A stretch of 51,585 nt of DNA, taken from contig QPGO01000065.1 of the NCBI GenBank assembly GCA_008632985.1, forward strand, positions 372,001-423,585, written 5' to 3'. This DNA comes from Psammoneis japonica. Its lineage: Eukaryota. The notes under the pieces were generated by a model that saw only the letters and a list, made by a program, of their open reading frames with translations, was not told where the DNA came from and made no database searches. Shown here in pieces: positions 1 to 11,750 of the stretch. A program made the translations under genes and the position numbers. Position 1 is the stretch's first letter; every line of letters starts with the position of its first letter.

Positions 1-3000
1 TCTTTGTTTGCTCAGAGAGAGCCCCTCCAATTTCATGCTGTGCAGCAACAACCCCTTTTCTCCTTTCTTGTGTGCATCTTAAACCAGCTTGCGTGTCCTC
101 TTGTGTGTCTCATCTTTGCAAGCTCTGCTCCAGGACATGCAGAAGTTTCTTTGGACAAGACAGGCAAGGTGTTTCAGTTTAGAGCCACTTGAGATTGCCT
201 CATGTGCAGCAATGTGCCACTTGTCAGTTTGTTGCTTTTTCCTTTGTTGTTGCACCGCCAACCCTTCTTGGTGGCTTTTTTGAGGAATCTTGGATTTCTT
301 GTCCTCCAGATTTTGAGATTGCTTTTGCAACATTGTTTCAGTGTTTCTTCTTGTTGTGCTGCCCAAATGTTGAAATGTGTGCAGCTCTGCCAAAGGTGGA
401 TTGCCCTGTTGCACTTCATGTTGTGTGCAATCCCATGTGAACAAAAATTGGGGTGCATCATTGGCACATTGGTCTCATGCATGGAAAAAACAAAAACATC
501 CAAGCAGCACCACACACTTGCCGAGCCTCTGCATTGGCAAGTGTGGCATCAGCCCCAGCCATTTTTGCCTCCCCTTCATTGCTCGTTTCCTGAAACTTTT
601 CTTTGTCACAACCACAATGAGGGTGTGATGCTGCTGGCCTTTTTCTGTTCTATCTTTTGGCCTTGTCAGCAAGGGCCCCAGGTGCATCATGTTGGTGTCA
701 CTGGCAGCACTGCCACCACCAAGGACATGGCAGCATCCAAGGATGTCCTCAGTTTTGTTGCTCTTGATGCCACACATTCATCAAGAGTTGCTGCCCAAAA
801 CTCTCAAGAGCTGGGGACTCTTTCCAATTTTCCGTCTCCCAATTCATTGCCATTTTCACAAGTTTGGCTCCACCCCAACAACCCAGCTGCCAATCTCTGT
901 GCTGTGTTGTGGCAAGATGAATGGCTTCAGAAATGTCACAAGAGATGCCAGCTGCCCCTCTTTTCCTTGAGGCACAAATTGCTTCCACACAGGCATGTCA
1001 CTGTTGCTTGTGTCATTGCCAAAAAATTCCCAAATTGCCCTGGAGTGAAAGGGTGCAATCAATCAACCCTGCAACTGCAGGCTGATGGCATTGAAGGTCT
1101 TCAGAGGAACCAAGAAATCAATTTTAAATTGCCTTGGAGTGCTGCAAGGCTCATCTGGTGCTGTTGCAGCCACCAGTCACTCAGTTCATGCAGGGGTGCT
1201 CTCAGAGCAGAAAAACTCCAAAAACTCCTCAGAGAAAGAACACCCTGATGCAACTGACCAACTCAACAACTGCTTGTTGAGGGCATTGAAGGTCTCTGGC
1301 AGAACTCAGGGAACACTTTGAGAATGGTGGTGGAGTGCTGAAGGGTTCGTCTGGCACAGGTGCAGTCCCCAGTCACTCAATCTGTGACAAGGTGAAAACT
1401 GAAATTCCCAACTCCACAATGAAAAAACACACTCATGCAACCAACCATCCCAACAACTGCAGGCTGAGGGCATTGAAGGTCTTCTGAGGCACCCACAAAA
1501 TGCTGTGAGAATGGTGGTGGAGTGTTGAAAAGCCCATTTGGTGCAGTTGAAACCACCAGTCACTGAATGCTGCACGCCAATGTGGGAGAGCAGAAAAACT
1601 CAAAACTCTTCAAAAAAAGAACACCCTGATTTAACCAATCAACCCAACAACTGCATGCTCAGGGCATTGATTGAAGGTCTTCAGCAGAACCCAGAGAACA
1701 CTTTCAGAATGGTGGTGGAGTGTTGTGATGCCCACCTGGTGCAGCTGCAGCCACCAGTCACTAAATTCATGAAAGAGTGCTCAGAGCAGAAAATCCCCTG
1801 AGGACTCCTCATAGAAAGAACACCCTGATGCAACCAACCAACCCAAGAACTGCATGCTGAGGTCATTGAAGGTCACCAGAGGAATTTCAAGAACACTTTG
1901 AAAATGGTGGTGAAGTGTTGAAGGGCTTGTCTGGTGCAGGTGCAGCCCCAATTCACTTGACCCATGACATGGTGAGAGAGCTGAAATTCCCAACTCCACA
2001 ATGAAAGAACACACTCATGTAACCAACCAACAAAACAGCTGCAGGCTGAGGGCATTTAAGGTCTTTGAAGGCACCCACAAAACACTGTGAGAATGGTGCT
2101 GGTGGAGTGATGCAAGGCCCATCTGGTGCAGTTGCAGCCACCAGTCACTGAGTGCACGCAAGAGTGCTCTGAACAGAAAAACTTTAAACTTCTCTTTGGA
2201 GAAAGAACATCATGATGCAACCAACCAACCCAACAACCCCACAAGCCAAGGGCAAGGAACCAAGAAAAGGCTTTCAGAATTGTGGCGGAGTGTTGCAAGG
2301 CCCATCTGGTGCAGTTGCAGCCACCAGTCACTCAACTCATGCAAAAGCACTGAGAGCAGAAACACTCCACCAAACTCTGCAGAGAAAGAACACCCTGACA
2401 CAACCGACCAACCCAAGAACTGCATGCTGAGGGCATTGAAGGTCTCCTGTCAAACTCAGGGAACAAATTGAGAATGGTGGTGGAGTGTCAAAGTGCTCAT
2501 CTGGTGCAGGTGCAATCCCCAGTCACTCAATCTGTGACATGTTGAGAGCTGAAAATCCCAACTCCACATTGAAAGAACACATTCATGCAACCAACAAACC
2601 CAACAACTGCAGGCTGAGGGCATTGAAGGTCTTCAGAGGCACCTGCAAAACACTGTGAGAATGATGCTGGCAGAGTGTTGCAAGGCCCATCTGGTGCAAT
2701 TGCAGCCACCAGTCACCAAATGCACGCCAGAGTGAAAGCAGAAAAACTCCCAACTCCCCAGAAAAGAAAATCCTGGCACAAGCAACCAACCCAACAATTG
2801 CATGCTGATGGCATGGAAGGTCTTTCGAGAAATTCAAAGAACACCAAGGGCCATCTGGTGCAGTTGCAGCCACCAGCAACTCAACACCTGCAAGAGTGCT
2901 CAGAGCAAAAAACTCCAAACTCCTTGGAGAAAGAACAACATCATGGAGAAAGAACAACATCATGATGCAACCAACCAACCAACCTGACAACCACAGGCTG

Positions 3001-5260
3001 AGATCATTGAAGGTCTTTAGATGAACCCAGGGAACACTTTGACAATGGCGGCAGAGTGTTGCAATGCCCATCTGTTGCAGTTGCACCCACCAGTCACTGA
3101 ATGCATGCCAGAGTGCGAGCAGAAAAACTCCTGACTCCTCGGAGAAAGAACATCCTGGTGCAACCAACCAACCCAACAAATGCATGCTGAGGGCATTGAA
3201 GGTCTTCAGCAGATTCTAGATGGAACATTTATGGTGGTGGAGTGTTGCAATGCCCATCTGGTGTAGTTGCAGCCACCAGTCACTCAATTCATGCAAAAGT
3301 GCTTGCAGCAGAAAACTCTAAACTCCGCAGAGAAAGAACACCCTGATGCAATCAAACAACCCAAGAACTGCATGCTGAGGGCATTGAAGGTCCCCAACAG
3401 AACTCAGGGAACAAATTGAGAATGATGGTGGAGTGTTGAAGGGCTCATCTGGCGCAGTTGCAATCCCCAGTCACTCAATCTGTGACATGGCAAGAGCTGA
3501 AATTCCCAACTCACATTAAGAAAAACACTCATGCAGCCAACCAACCCAACAACTGCAGGCTGGGGGCATTGAAGGTCTTTAGAAGCACCCACAAAACACT
3601 GCGAGAATGGTGGTGGAGTGTTGCAAGGCCCATCTGGTGCAATTGCAACCACCAGTCACTGAACACATGCCAGAGTGAAAGCAGAAAACTCCCAACTCCC
3701 AGAAAAGGAAAATCCTGATGTGAGCAACCAACCCAACAACTGCACGCTGATGGTGCTGAAGATCTGCAGAGGAACCCAGGGAACACCAAGGCCCATCTGG
3801 TGCAGTTGCACAGCCAAAAGTCACTCAATGCAAGCAAGAGTGCTCTGAGCAGAAAAACTCCAAACTGTTTTGAGAAAGAACACAATGAAGCAACCAACCA
3901 ACCCAACAACCACAGGCTGAGGGCATTGAAGGTCTCAAGAGGAATCCAGGGAACACTTTGAGAAAAGTGGCAGAGTGTCACAAAAGGCCCATCTGTTGCA
4001 GTTGCAGCCACCTGTCACTGAATGCATGCCAGAGTGAGAGCAGAAAAACACCTGCCTCATCAGAGAAAGAACATCCCGATGCAACCAACCAAGAACCCAA
4101 CAACAGATTTTCCATTGAAAACAGATGCTGAGTTTGTTGGGCCCCTGAAATGCCAGTGCAGATTCTTAAAATCAATGCACATTTTCTGTGATGATCACGG
4201 CGGCAGATGGAGACTGAGAAGATGATGGACATGCTGCACAGCACTGCAGAGCACTGCAATGTCGACAGCTCCAAAGTGTGTGCCAATGCCATCTCATCCC
4301 AAGACAAAGTGAGAAGATGCTCCCACCCAGCGCAGCTTGTGGAAGACACAGAAATCGTGCTCAAATGCAGCCATCATCAAATGTCATGGGATGTGGGACT
4401 GTGGGAGTCAAAATGAAATGGTGGGCTGATGAGAAGTGAAAAGAGGTCCAGACACTTCAGTTGGTGAGAAAGGGTGGCAGGCTCCCACTGGGCTGGGGTG
4501 TGAAGACCAGTCAGCTGCCTTGTGCAGCTGCCTCTGCCACTCCTCGTCTGGGACTGGCATGGGGCGAGGGAATTCATGGGTCCTCCCACTGGCAGAAAAA
4601 GCACACTGAAGTCTCAAAGAAGGTTTGTGAGTGTGCATCAGCAAAAAAATTATTTGTGACAAAAATCATTCAGACTTGTCACAAACTTTCAAAGCAGCCC
4701 CTGCGGGGCTTCATTTTTTTGAGTCTTGGGAGGAAGAACATGGCTTTGAGGTTTCACTTGATTCAGGCAAGTGCAATTTTGACACCATCGTTCTGCAAGA
4801 GGGGTTGGCAAACTGTCTTGGATTCACATGCCCCTGAGGAGTTTTTTCATGGTCACCCACACAATGAGCTCTGCAGCCTCCAACATGGCCAGCCTCCTGA
4901 GCTCTGCCACCAATCTGGCGACCCTCCCAAATGCTGCTGCCAATGTGGAGACCCTCCCAAACACCACCCACAAGCCAATCTGGCAACCTGGTTTGACTCA
5001 AGTCTCTGGATGCACCCATCACCAATGCCAATGCCATGAAAGCCAGCCATGCCAAAACTCAAGCTAACCATGCCAACCCTGCATCTGCTGGCACCGAAGG
5101 CAATGAACTTCCATCCGGTGGTGCTGGGGCCACCAGTTTGTCGGCCGATGTTGCTGTTGCAGTTTGTGGAGAGCTTGCTTGATCCTCTTTCCAGTCTGCT
5201 GAAGAGAGGTGTGTTGAGAGATGCACTGTCCTCTCGTTTCTTCTTTTGTGGTGACAGAGT
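1..5260. other. TpA- and CpG-depleted domain A (decayed repetitive DNA)
   Basis: TA and CG are both nearly absent, TG/CA are abundant, and six-frame ORFs are Tyr-free and Cys/His-rich. Normal TA density resumes at about 5300. Confidence 0.9.
1060..4106 (+). repeat. Tandem array of about 16 units of ~189 bp with higher-order structure
   Basis: The motif caacaactgcaggctgagggcattgaaggtc (or a variant) recurs near 1091, 1286, 1473, 1671, 1866, 2055, 2253, 2436, 2623, 2814, 3007, 3196, 3384, 3569, 3757 and 3926. The subtype carrying gaaattcccaactccacaatgaa recurs in units 2, 5, 8 and 13. Confidence 0.93.
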
Positions 5261-5503
5261 GATTCTATTTCCATTCCGTTCCAGAGGCACGTTTCCTCTT
5301 GTTTCTTCTTTTCTAGCAACAACTGTGCTGCCAGCAGTTGCAGACTTTTGTAGCACAACTCCTCTAGATGTCAGGGTTTCAATTCTAGAGAGAGTTGCAT
5401 TTCGAGTTTCCTCCATTACCTTCACTTCCTCACTTTTTCGTTCCAAAACCGACCCTAGCTTTCGAAAGAGGCAAACCTCGTTTTCCATGGCCATAACCTT
5501 CAA
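4853..5503 (-). CDS. Possible hypothetical protein or decayed gene running into domain A
   Basis: 216-aa ORF with a charged, coiled-coil-like N-terminus (MAMENEV...SRIETLTSR). No family recognised, and the 3' half lies in TA-depleted DNA where ORF length is uninformative. Confidence 0.25.
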   Translation of the reverse strand: MKVMAMENEVCLFRKLGSVLERKSEEVKVMEETRNATLSRIETLTSRGVVLQKSATAGSTVVARKEETRGNVPLERNGNRITLSPQKKKREDSASLNTPLFSRLERGSSKLSTNCNSNIGRQTGGPSTTGWKFIAFGASRCRVGMVSLSFGMAGFHGIGIGDGCIQRLESNQVARLACGWCLGGSPHWQQHLGGSPDWWQSSGGWPCWRLQSSLCG

Positions 5504-6579
5504 ACGGCATTTAGTTTACAAAATCGACGAAAAGAGAAAAATTAAAAAATCGTGCCTATCAGGTTTTACATTCGACTGTTACAAGAAGTACTCGTAGCAT
5601 GCAAAGGAGGTTTCTACAGCATCGACATCATGCTACAGAATCAAAAACCTCTCGATATGTTGTCAAAGGCCCGAGCTGATCATCTATAAGGACTTCATGG
5701 AAACTGTATCAGTCTGTCTCGAAGCGAGGTAGCGGATCAATCATCGGCACAAAGCAGAGAAACCAAGTTATTCCATTCTTGGAATCATAACTGGGACGAA
5801 AATTAGAGCGAAAGACGATCTCTACCGTGGTGAGTGTAGCACTCCGACAAGAACCAGAGCATTCTCTAAAGTTCTGAACAATTTCATGGCCTCCAGACAG
5901 CTCCTTGTTCGATGTTGGTGCTGGTAACGTGTCGTTTGAAGCACTGATGATACTGCGATGAAAACGACTTGATTCGTCATTCTGCCCCTCAGCAACCCCT
6001 TGCAATGATCGGCGCATCGGCGTCATGTCCAATGTCGATTCTTTAGCATGTCCAACAAGTTGCGCCGCAGCGATGATGCGACTTGGTCAATGCCCATCTC
6101 GACAGGAATTCGAAGCTCCTGTACAAGTGTGGGCAGCTGCTGTCGACGAACAGGAACCATGCAAGCCGCTTAAGAACTATGTGGGAGATGCTCTCTAAGG
6201 ATGCGGTACTCAACAGCGCCTTTCCGGTGGATCTTCGCCTTCCTCGTCTTTTTCAGCAGCCACCTGAGCTGCGTTTATCGCAGTGGAAGAGTGAGACTTA
6301 ACTTATGATGTAATTCTTGAAATATCGATAGCGCGTCATCATCACAAGACACTGGGACGACCTTGCTCGACATAGCTCCACAGGAAATAGAGAGCTACAG
6401 AAACGCATCGCTGCACCAAGGGAAATCTCCGGAGAACTGGTGTCCGTCCGTATCCTCCTTGCAACACAGACACGACAAGTCCCTAACAACAGATATCTGC
6501 AACTTCCAAAATCTGAAACAAAAGGTGTTTTGTCAGAGGCTAAAAACCGTCGATCGAGTAACGATCCCTCAATAACCGC

Positions 6580-7270
6580 AGATTTCTTGTTGCCCAGCCG
6601 TAATCGGACGACAATAGATCCATTCCAATTTTCTCCTCGCGTCCAACCATGTGCTTGGTATTCCCAACGTCGCCCTTGGCAGCATCAAATTCCAACACTG
6701 CTTGAGATACGGTCGGGGTCAAAACACGAAGTGCAGGTATGAAGCGATGCTGAATTGTACGTCGGGACGCATGCCGCCCAGATCAGGAAGGAACCTTGGA
6801 CTCCCCGGCTTTGATGCACCACCTGCGCTTCTTTAAGACGCACCTTCTGCGTCACTTGTTCGAGCGCTTTGGAGAGCCCCACCCCCACACTTCGACGATG
6901 ATTCGTAGCCCCCGACAGAATCTCTCGGAGCATCGTTTGTTGGTGGTTAAGGCGATGACGAAGGTGCGGAATCGTCCCCGAAGGGTGGTGATGGAGGGAA
7001 CATAGCAGCGGCTGCTTCCTAGGTCGCTTTTCGGCATGTATTGTGAAATGATTTGGGACCAGCTGGAACTTGCGAGGGGCTATCTCTTTGTTTGCTTCCA
7101 CAGCGGAATGATGGGGACGTTACTCATATTGTGGGCGATGTCATCCTCGTCACCAGTCCCCGGGTAGAACTTGTACGCGTTGCCTTTTCTCTTGTGGTGC
7201 CACAGAGGTGGATAGGAAAGAAGAACAGCCTCCCCGGGTCATAGCACTTCTTGACAACCTCATCCGACTT
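6580..7270 (-). pseudogene. Class II-type histone deacetylase fragment (frameshifted)
   Basis: Minus-strand pieces EVVKKCYDPGRLFFF, YKFYPGTGDEDDIAHN, GRHASRRTIQHRFIPALR and FDAAKGDVGNTKH...IGMDLLSSDYGWATR. Alignable by eye to 27790-28345. Confidence 0.8.
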
Positions 7271-7521
7271 TGCTCCAAGAACTGCTGCAGGTGGAATACT
7301 CTATCATGCATCTTATTGTACTTTGTACACCACGTGTTAATCAAACGTCGGCAGTTGCTAAGCGCACATGGCTTCCCGCGTATCAGAAGTAGCTGCAGGG
7401 CGATTAATATCGATCAAGAGGATAGGTGCTCTAATTTTTGCTCTGGTTTTCCATATCGTGCTGAATCAAATCCCACGAGATAGACGTCACGGGAGACAAA
7501 ATCGACTTTGTTTCCATTGCT

Positions 7522-8187
7522 TCATTGCTGCTCATGTAGTGTCTTGTCGGATTCGTCTTGAACCAAAACCATGATTGGCTTTTGCGTCAAGTCTTGAAAT
7601 TTGCCACCCTTGGTCTTGGGTAGCTCAATCTTAATTAGATTCTTGGCCTTGAGCTCCGCGAGCTCCTTGTCCGTGTACACCTGAAAGGAACCATCCGGTT
7701 GCTTGACCATGTATCGTGGAGGATTGAGTGCCGCAAAAAAGTCGGGATAATTCTTCATGTAGTAGGCGTTCAACGACTCGAGTTGGTACATTTCCTTGTT
7801 TTCTGCCGATTTCACCTGCAACTGTTTAATGAATTCATTGTTCTCGGCCAACTCGTCGCATCCCTCGCCAACACCACTTGCGCACGGCTTGGAAGAGAGT
7901 ACGGCATTTGCTCCATGGGGATCAAACAACAGTGTGACAGCTGCAGCCGAACCCGTAAGAAATTTCCGCCGTTGCACCGCTGCCGCTTCAACTCGGCTTT
8001 CACCAAGAGGTGAAAACGCCCTTGTTCGTTCCTGTGAGGAGGTTGCCTTGTTTCCATTGTGACTTGGGCTATAGCATGACACTTTTAACACGAACAAAAG
8101 CAACAGATAGCGCAAAAGGCGGCCGTGAATCGTGAAGACCGTTTTGGATGAGTGGCAGAGTATTGTTGTTTTGGAGGCTAAGGGCAT
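7522..8187 (-). CDS. Putative thylakoid-lumen protein of unknown function (signal peptide + transit peptide + twin-arginine signal)
   Basis: 221 aa from ATG at 8187. Hydrophobic LLRYLLLLFVLKVSC, a Ser/Arg-rich transit region, RRKFL followed by a hydrophobic stretch and an ANA cleavage motif, then a mature domain CASGVGEGCDELAE...YYMKNYPDFF. Normal Tyr content. Confidence 0.8.
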   Translation of the reverse strand: MPLASKTTILCHSSKTVFTIHGRLLRYLLLLFVLKVSCYSPSHNGNKATSSQERTRAFSPLGESRVEAAAVQRRKFLTGSAAAVTLLFDPHGANAVLSSKPCASGVGEGCDELAENNEFIKQLQVKSAENKEMYQLESLNAYYMKNYPDFFAALNPPRYMVKQPDGSFQVYTDKELAELKAKNLIKIELPKTKGGKFQDLTQKPIMVLVQDESDKTLHEQQ

Positions 8188-8583
8188 TGTAATAGAGACA
8201 ATCCCAGAGCGAGGGAAATAAGAACGAACCGAGCTCTCTCTATTGTATGAGATACGGTACGATAGCGAGCGCTGGCGAGAGAAAAAAAATGCGGTCGGAT
8301 CTTTCTGCTGAGGACCTCTCATATATTTTGATTTTAAAAAACGTATACATAATAATTTTTCCCGCAAATTTTTACTAATGATCTGAATATTATGCATGGG
8401 CAAGAAAAGATACAAGGTCAACTTGCCATAAGTATCCATGTCGGTACAAGATTGTCGTTGATTTCTACGTTGGTGACTTCGCGAACGCCAGCGGTGAGCG
8501 AGAATGGACTGAATCCATTTTTTCTGTCTTCGTTGTTCTCATCAGTTGGCGGCAGCAAACAAACAAGTCATATCTAACAAGGC

Positions 8584-10062
8584 ATGTCCACGGCTATACT
8601 AACTGCTACAGGCACAATGCGCAAAGAATCACGTGGCAGTGTGCCAATAGGAATGATGAATAGTACCGAAAGAAAACAACTGAATTTACCGTGGATGAAA
8701 TCTCTGTCTCGGCTTTTGCTGTGTCTCTGTGTAATGCCGGCTCGGGTGCATGCTTATGCCAATGTAACACTCGAGTCTAATGACTTGTCTGTCACAATTT
8801 ACCTACCACAGTCAGTCAAGCCTGATGAAATGCCTTACTACGAGTCTTCTCGGTTCGAACACGGCTCCATGATTGGTTCGATTCTGCGCAAGAAAACGAC
8901 GCTGTTGTACGGAACAAACGTTTGGCGTGTGCCTCACAACCCCGGATGGACCGAGAGCGGCGTCGGCCTGGCGTCCGAGTTTGGTGTAGGAGACAATGGC
9001 GCCTTTTGTAATTTTCAGTGTGGGTGGTATGGAGTATCAGACGTCTCCAATGGAGTGCTGGGATACATTGAAGCAAAGAACGGCGAGCCCTTTCTCAAGA
9101 TTGGCGTTGGAGTGCTGGAAAAAGGAAGCTGCTACGAGTGCGATTCTTCTGAGGATTATAAATTCAATTCTCCATATGCCTTTGCAGAAGAGCCAATCTG
9201 GACCATGGAGCAGGCGGACAATTCTGTAACCTTGCAGCATGAAGCCGTTTTGCACGCCAAACGTCTGTATGGATACAAGCTCAAGAAACAAATCGAATTG
9301 GAGGACGACACGTTAACGGTCACTACAACACTCACCAATCAGGGACAAGACGCCTTTACGACAACATGGTATTCTCATCATTTCTTTTCATGCAATGACA
9401 GGTTCATTGGAGAGGGCTATTCAGTCGATTTGGATACCAAGACGTCCTCCAAACAGATATTTGAAGAACCGAGCTTGTGGTCGTGGTCATCGCCACTTCG
9501 GGAATACGCCGCAGTCACTGCAGAGGACGACTCTGTCCACGTGGAAATGGAACGACACGTGGAGCCGGGTGTACGAATCAAGGCCGAGTTTCCTCGAGAC
9601 GACACTTCAGGCGGGAGCTTTACATTGCATGGATGCGGCACCTCGATTCACGAAAGCATTCCACAAGTCTCTTTGGCCGGAGCAGCTGGTAGTAGCAGCA
9701 GTATTCCCATGTATGCCTTTAATCTTTACATTGAACAGGGTACTCTGTCACCGGAACCACAGTATTTGATTCATTTGGAACCGGGAAAGAGTACGTCGTG
9801 GAAACAGGTGCTACAGTTTGAGGATGACAAGGAGTCAAGCACAATAATGCCATTGCTCCAAGCAGTAGCAGGAGCTTCCGTTACACCGACAAGCCACGGC
9901 AGTTCGTGGCACACATTGCGATCGAGTATCCACCATGGTTCTTTGACTGTCTTGCTTGCTTTGTGTATTTGTTTTTCAGTGCTCTATCACTTTGGAGGAA
10001 GACGGAGTAGTTCCTACTCTCCTATACCAGATGGACCACTGCCGCAACAAGACAGAGCATGA
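8584..10062 (+). CDS. Secreted/membrane-anchored protein, galactose-mutarotase-like (aldose epimerase-like) family
   Basis: Intronless 492-aa ORF with a signal peptide near MKSLSRLLLCLCVMPARVHA (true start may be this Met). Motifs YYESSRFEH, GLASEFG, GYIEAKNGEPFLKIGVGVL and LTNQG...YSHHFF. C-terminal transmembrane helix LTVLLALCICFSVLY. Confidence 0.8.
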   Translation: MSTAILTATGTMRKESRGSVPIGMMNSTERKQLNLPWMKSLSRLLLCLCVMPARVHAYANVTLESNDLSVTIYLPQSVKPDEMPYYESSRFEHGSMIGSILRKKTTLLYGTNVWRVPHNPGWTESGVGLASEFGVGDNGAFCNFQCGWYGVSDVSNGVLGYIEAKNGEPFLKIGVGVLEKGSCYECDSSEDYKFNSPYAFAEEPIWTMEQADNSVTLQHEAVLHAKRLYGYKLKKQIELEDDTLTVTTTLTNQGQDAFTTTWYSHHFFSCNDRFIGEGYSVDLDTKTSSKQIFEEPSLWSWSSPLREYAAVTAEDDSVHVEMERHVEPGVRIKAEFPRDDTSGGSFTLHGCGTSIHESIPQVSLAGAAGSSSSIPMYAFNLYIEQGTLSPEPQYLIHLEPGKSTSWKQVLQFEDDKESSTIMPLLQAVAGASVTPTSHGSSWHTLRSSIHHGSLTVLLALCICFSVLYHFGGRRSSSYSPIPDGPLPQQDRA

Positions 10063-10115
10063 ACCTTCATGCTTCGCTTTTTGAGAAAAATCGGCAGCTT
10101 CATTGTAACTCCTAA

Positions 10116-10412
10116 ATCAAGCGTTGCATGTAACGAACAGCGCTTTCAACCATTCTATTTTTACTCAAAGATACGCCCTAGAGTTTAACTATTCCAAATA
10201 AAGTGAAGCATAGAATTCAACTGCTTAAGAGCCGAGTGGATTCTACTCTAGCTGCTTTATTATAACTTCTATATCAAGCATTGCACGAAACGAACAGCGA
10301 TTTCAGGCATTCTATTTTTACTCAAAGATACGCCCTAGAGTTTAACTATTCCAAATGTGGTGAAGCATAGAATTCAACTGATAAAGAGCCGAGTGGATTC
10401 TACTCTAGCTGC
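10116..10412 (+). repeat. Two-copy tandem duplication, period about 157 bp
   Basis: cattctatttttactcaaagatacgccctagagtttaactattccaaat...gagccgagtggattctactctagctgc occurs at about 10150-10255 and again at about 10308-10412. Confidence 0.92.
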
Positions 10413-10714
10413 ATTGCTCTGAAGAGTGAAATCCATTCAGCACTACGAATGTCCTTTGAAAATCTACGGTTTGTCGTTGACGAGGTGCTCTGCTTCGTAC
10501 TGTAGTCCGATTCCCCTGGAGGAACAAGAGAGTTAGTGAATGCAACACTGTCCATGCTAGAACACATGTCCAACATAGAGTGCCATGCTCTGACATAGAA
10601 TCTTCTGCTTTGAAACACACAGCTCTTTCATGAGAGACACAAACAATGCTGTTCGAAGAACGTCTTTCTGCAGTTGAAAGAACAACGAACCATGGGAAGG
10701 AAGCACCAACCAAA

Positions 10715-11518
10715 TCAATCGGACCTTTTGCGTTTCCTTGGATTCTCCTCTTGCGGCAAGTAGTTGAACAAATCGGGCTTCTTTTGAAGCAGAGAAAATG
10801 GCAAACTTAGCCTACCCGGGGTTTTCTTGTGCCCGACTGTTGCCAACACCTGCGCCCACAGTCCAGGATGGGCGTTGTCAACCGCCAACAAGCCCCTCGC
10901 ATGAGCTTCCATCAACACCAAACGCAAGGATTTGCGGCCCCTCAAGTTTGCAAAATCAATCGGAAGGAACCCCGCGTTGCAGACAATGTTCAAACTTGTG
11001 CCTCGTTCAATCAGGAAGCGCGCCTCATTTTCATTGTTGCCCATGCATGCGCAATGCAGCGGGGTGCATCCCATTCTGTCCACTGCGCCCAAATCAGCAC
11101 CATTTTCCATCAAGAGCTCTGCAATGGCGGCACTGCAAAAACGAACTGCGGCAGCTGAGTGCAGAGGCGTGCGGCCGCTGTTGTCTCTAGAGCCCACTTC
11201 AGCCCCATGAAACAGCAGCAACTGCGCTTTGGATGCAGAGCAATGAGGCATGGAAGCACACAGATGCAGCGGCGTTTCACCTTTAGATGTCGCAACCTGA
11301 TTGACATTGGCACTGTGCTCCAATGGGAGCTTTGACATGTCGTTTTCTCCTTTTTGGAGAGCTGCAGCGATTGGAGTTTGCAGCGGTCGATGAATCCACT
11401 TTTTGTTCACGTCATGTCCAGCCTGAAGCATGTTTCGAGCTCGGTTCACGTCGTCCAGTAGAACAGCATGGCAAAAACCATGATTGGCCATGACTGTCGG
11501 TTGATTTCTAATTCTCAC
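10715..11518 (-). pseudogene. Ankyrin-repeat gene, ORF open but TA-hypermutated
   Basis: Four to five ANK repeats (GETPLHLC, GRTPLHSAA, GCTPLHCAC, GFLPIDFA) plus a C-terminal GLWAQVL...FSLLQKKPDLF tail. Only one Tyr in 267 aa, and it lies near the domain edge. Confidence 0.85.
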
Positions 11519-11750
11519 AACAATCTGTTCTGTTGCGATGGCTCTGTCAACTCAGTGTGTCATCGCCCATCGCGCAGAAGACGGACAAGTCTGCATTGGA
11601 AGTTGTGGAACGGGGGACAGAAAAATCAAACCGGATTTCTCCCCATCGACCGAACGTCTGTCCTGCCACTTGCTCATGTGGTTGATTTGCTGGCGTCATG
11701 TTGTGACGGTCCGATCGTTTCTTCTGCCTTTGCCTTCTGCGACAGAATGA

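Noticed and set aside
202..1248. 348-aa ORF, and the many overlapping Cys/His-rich ORFs in all TA-depleted blocks
   Set aside because: Loss of TA removes TAA and TAG stops in all six frames, so long Tyr-free ORFs arise passively. They are not evidence of genes or metal-binding proteins.
1060..4106. CRISPR-like periodicity
   Set aside because: Whole units are homologous with no unique spacers, the context is eukaryotic and there are no cas genes.
1..5260. Classical RIP or CpG decay as the sole explanation
   Set aside because: RIP increases TA, and CpG deamination does not remove TA. Blocks B and C lose TA while keeping CG.
8188..8439. 84-aa N-terminal extension of ORF 7522-8439
   Set aside because: AT-rich promoter-like sequence. 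The targeting peptide only makes sense from the Met at 8187.
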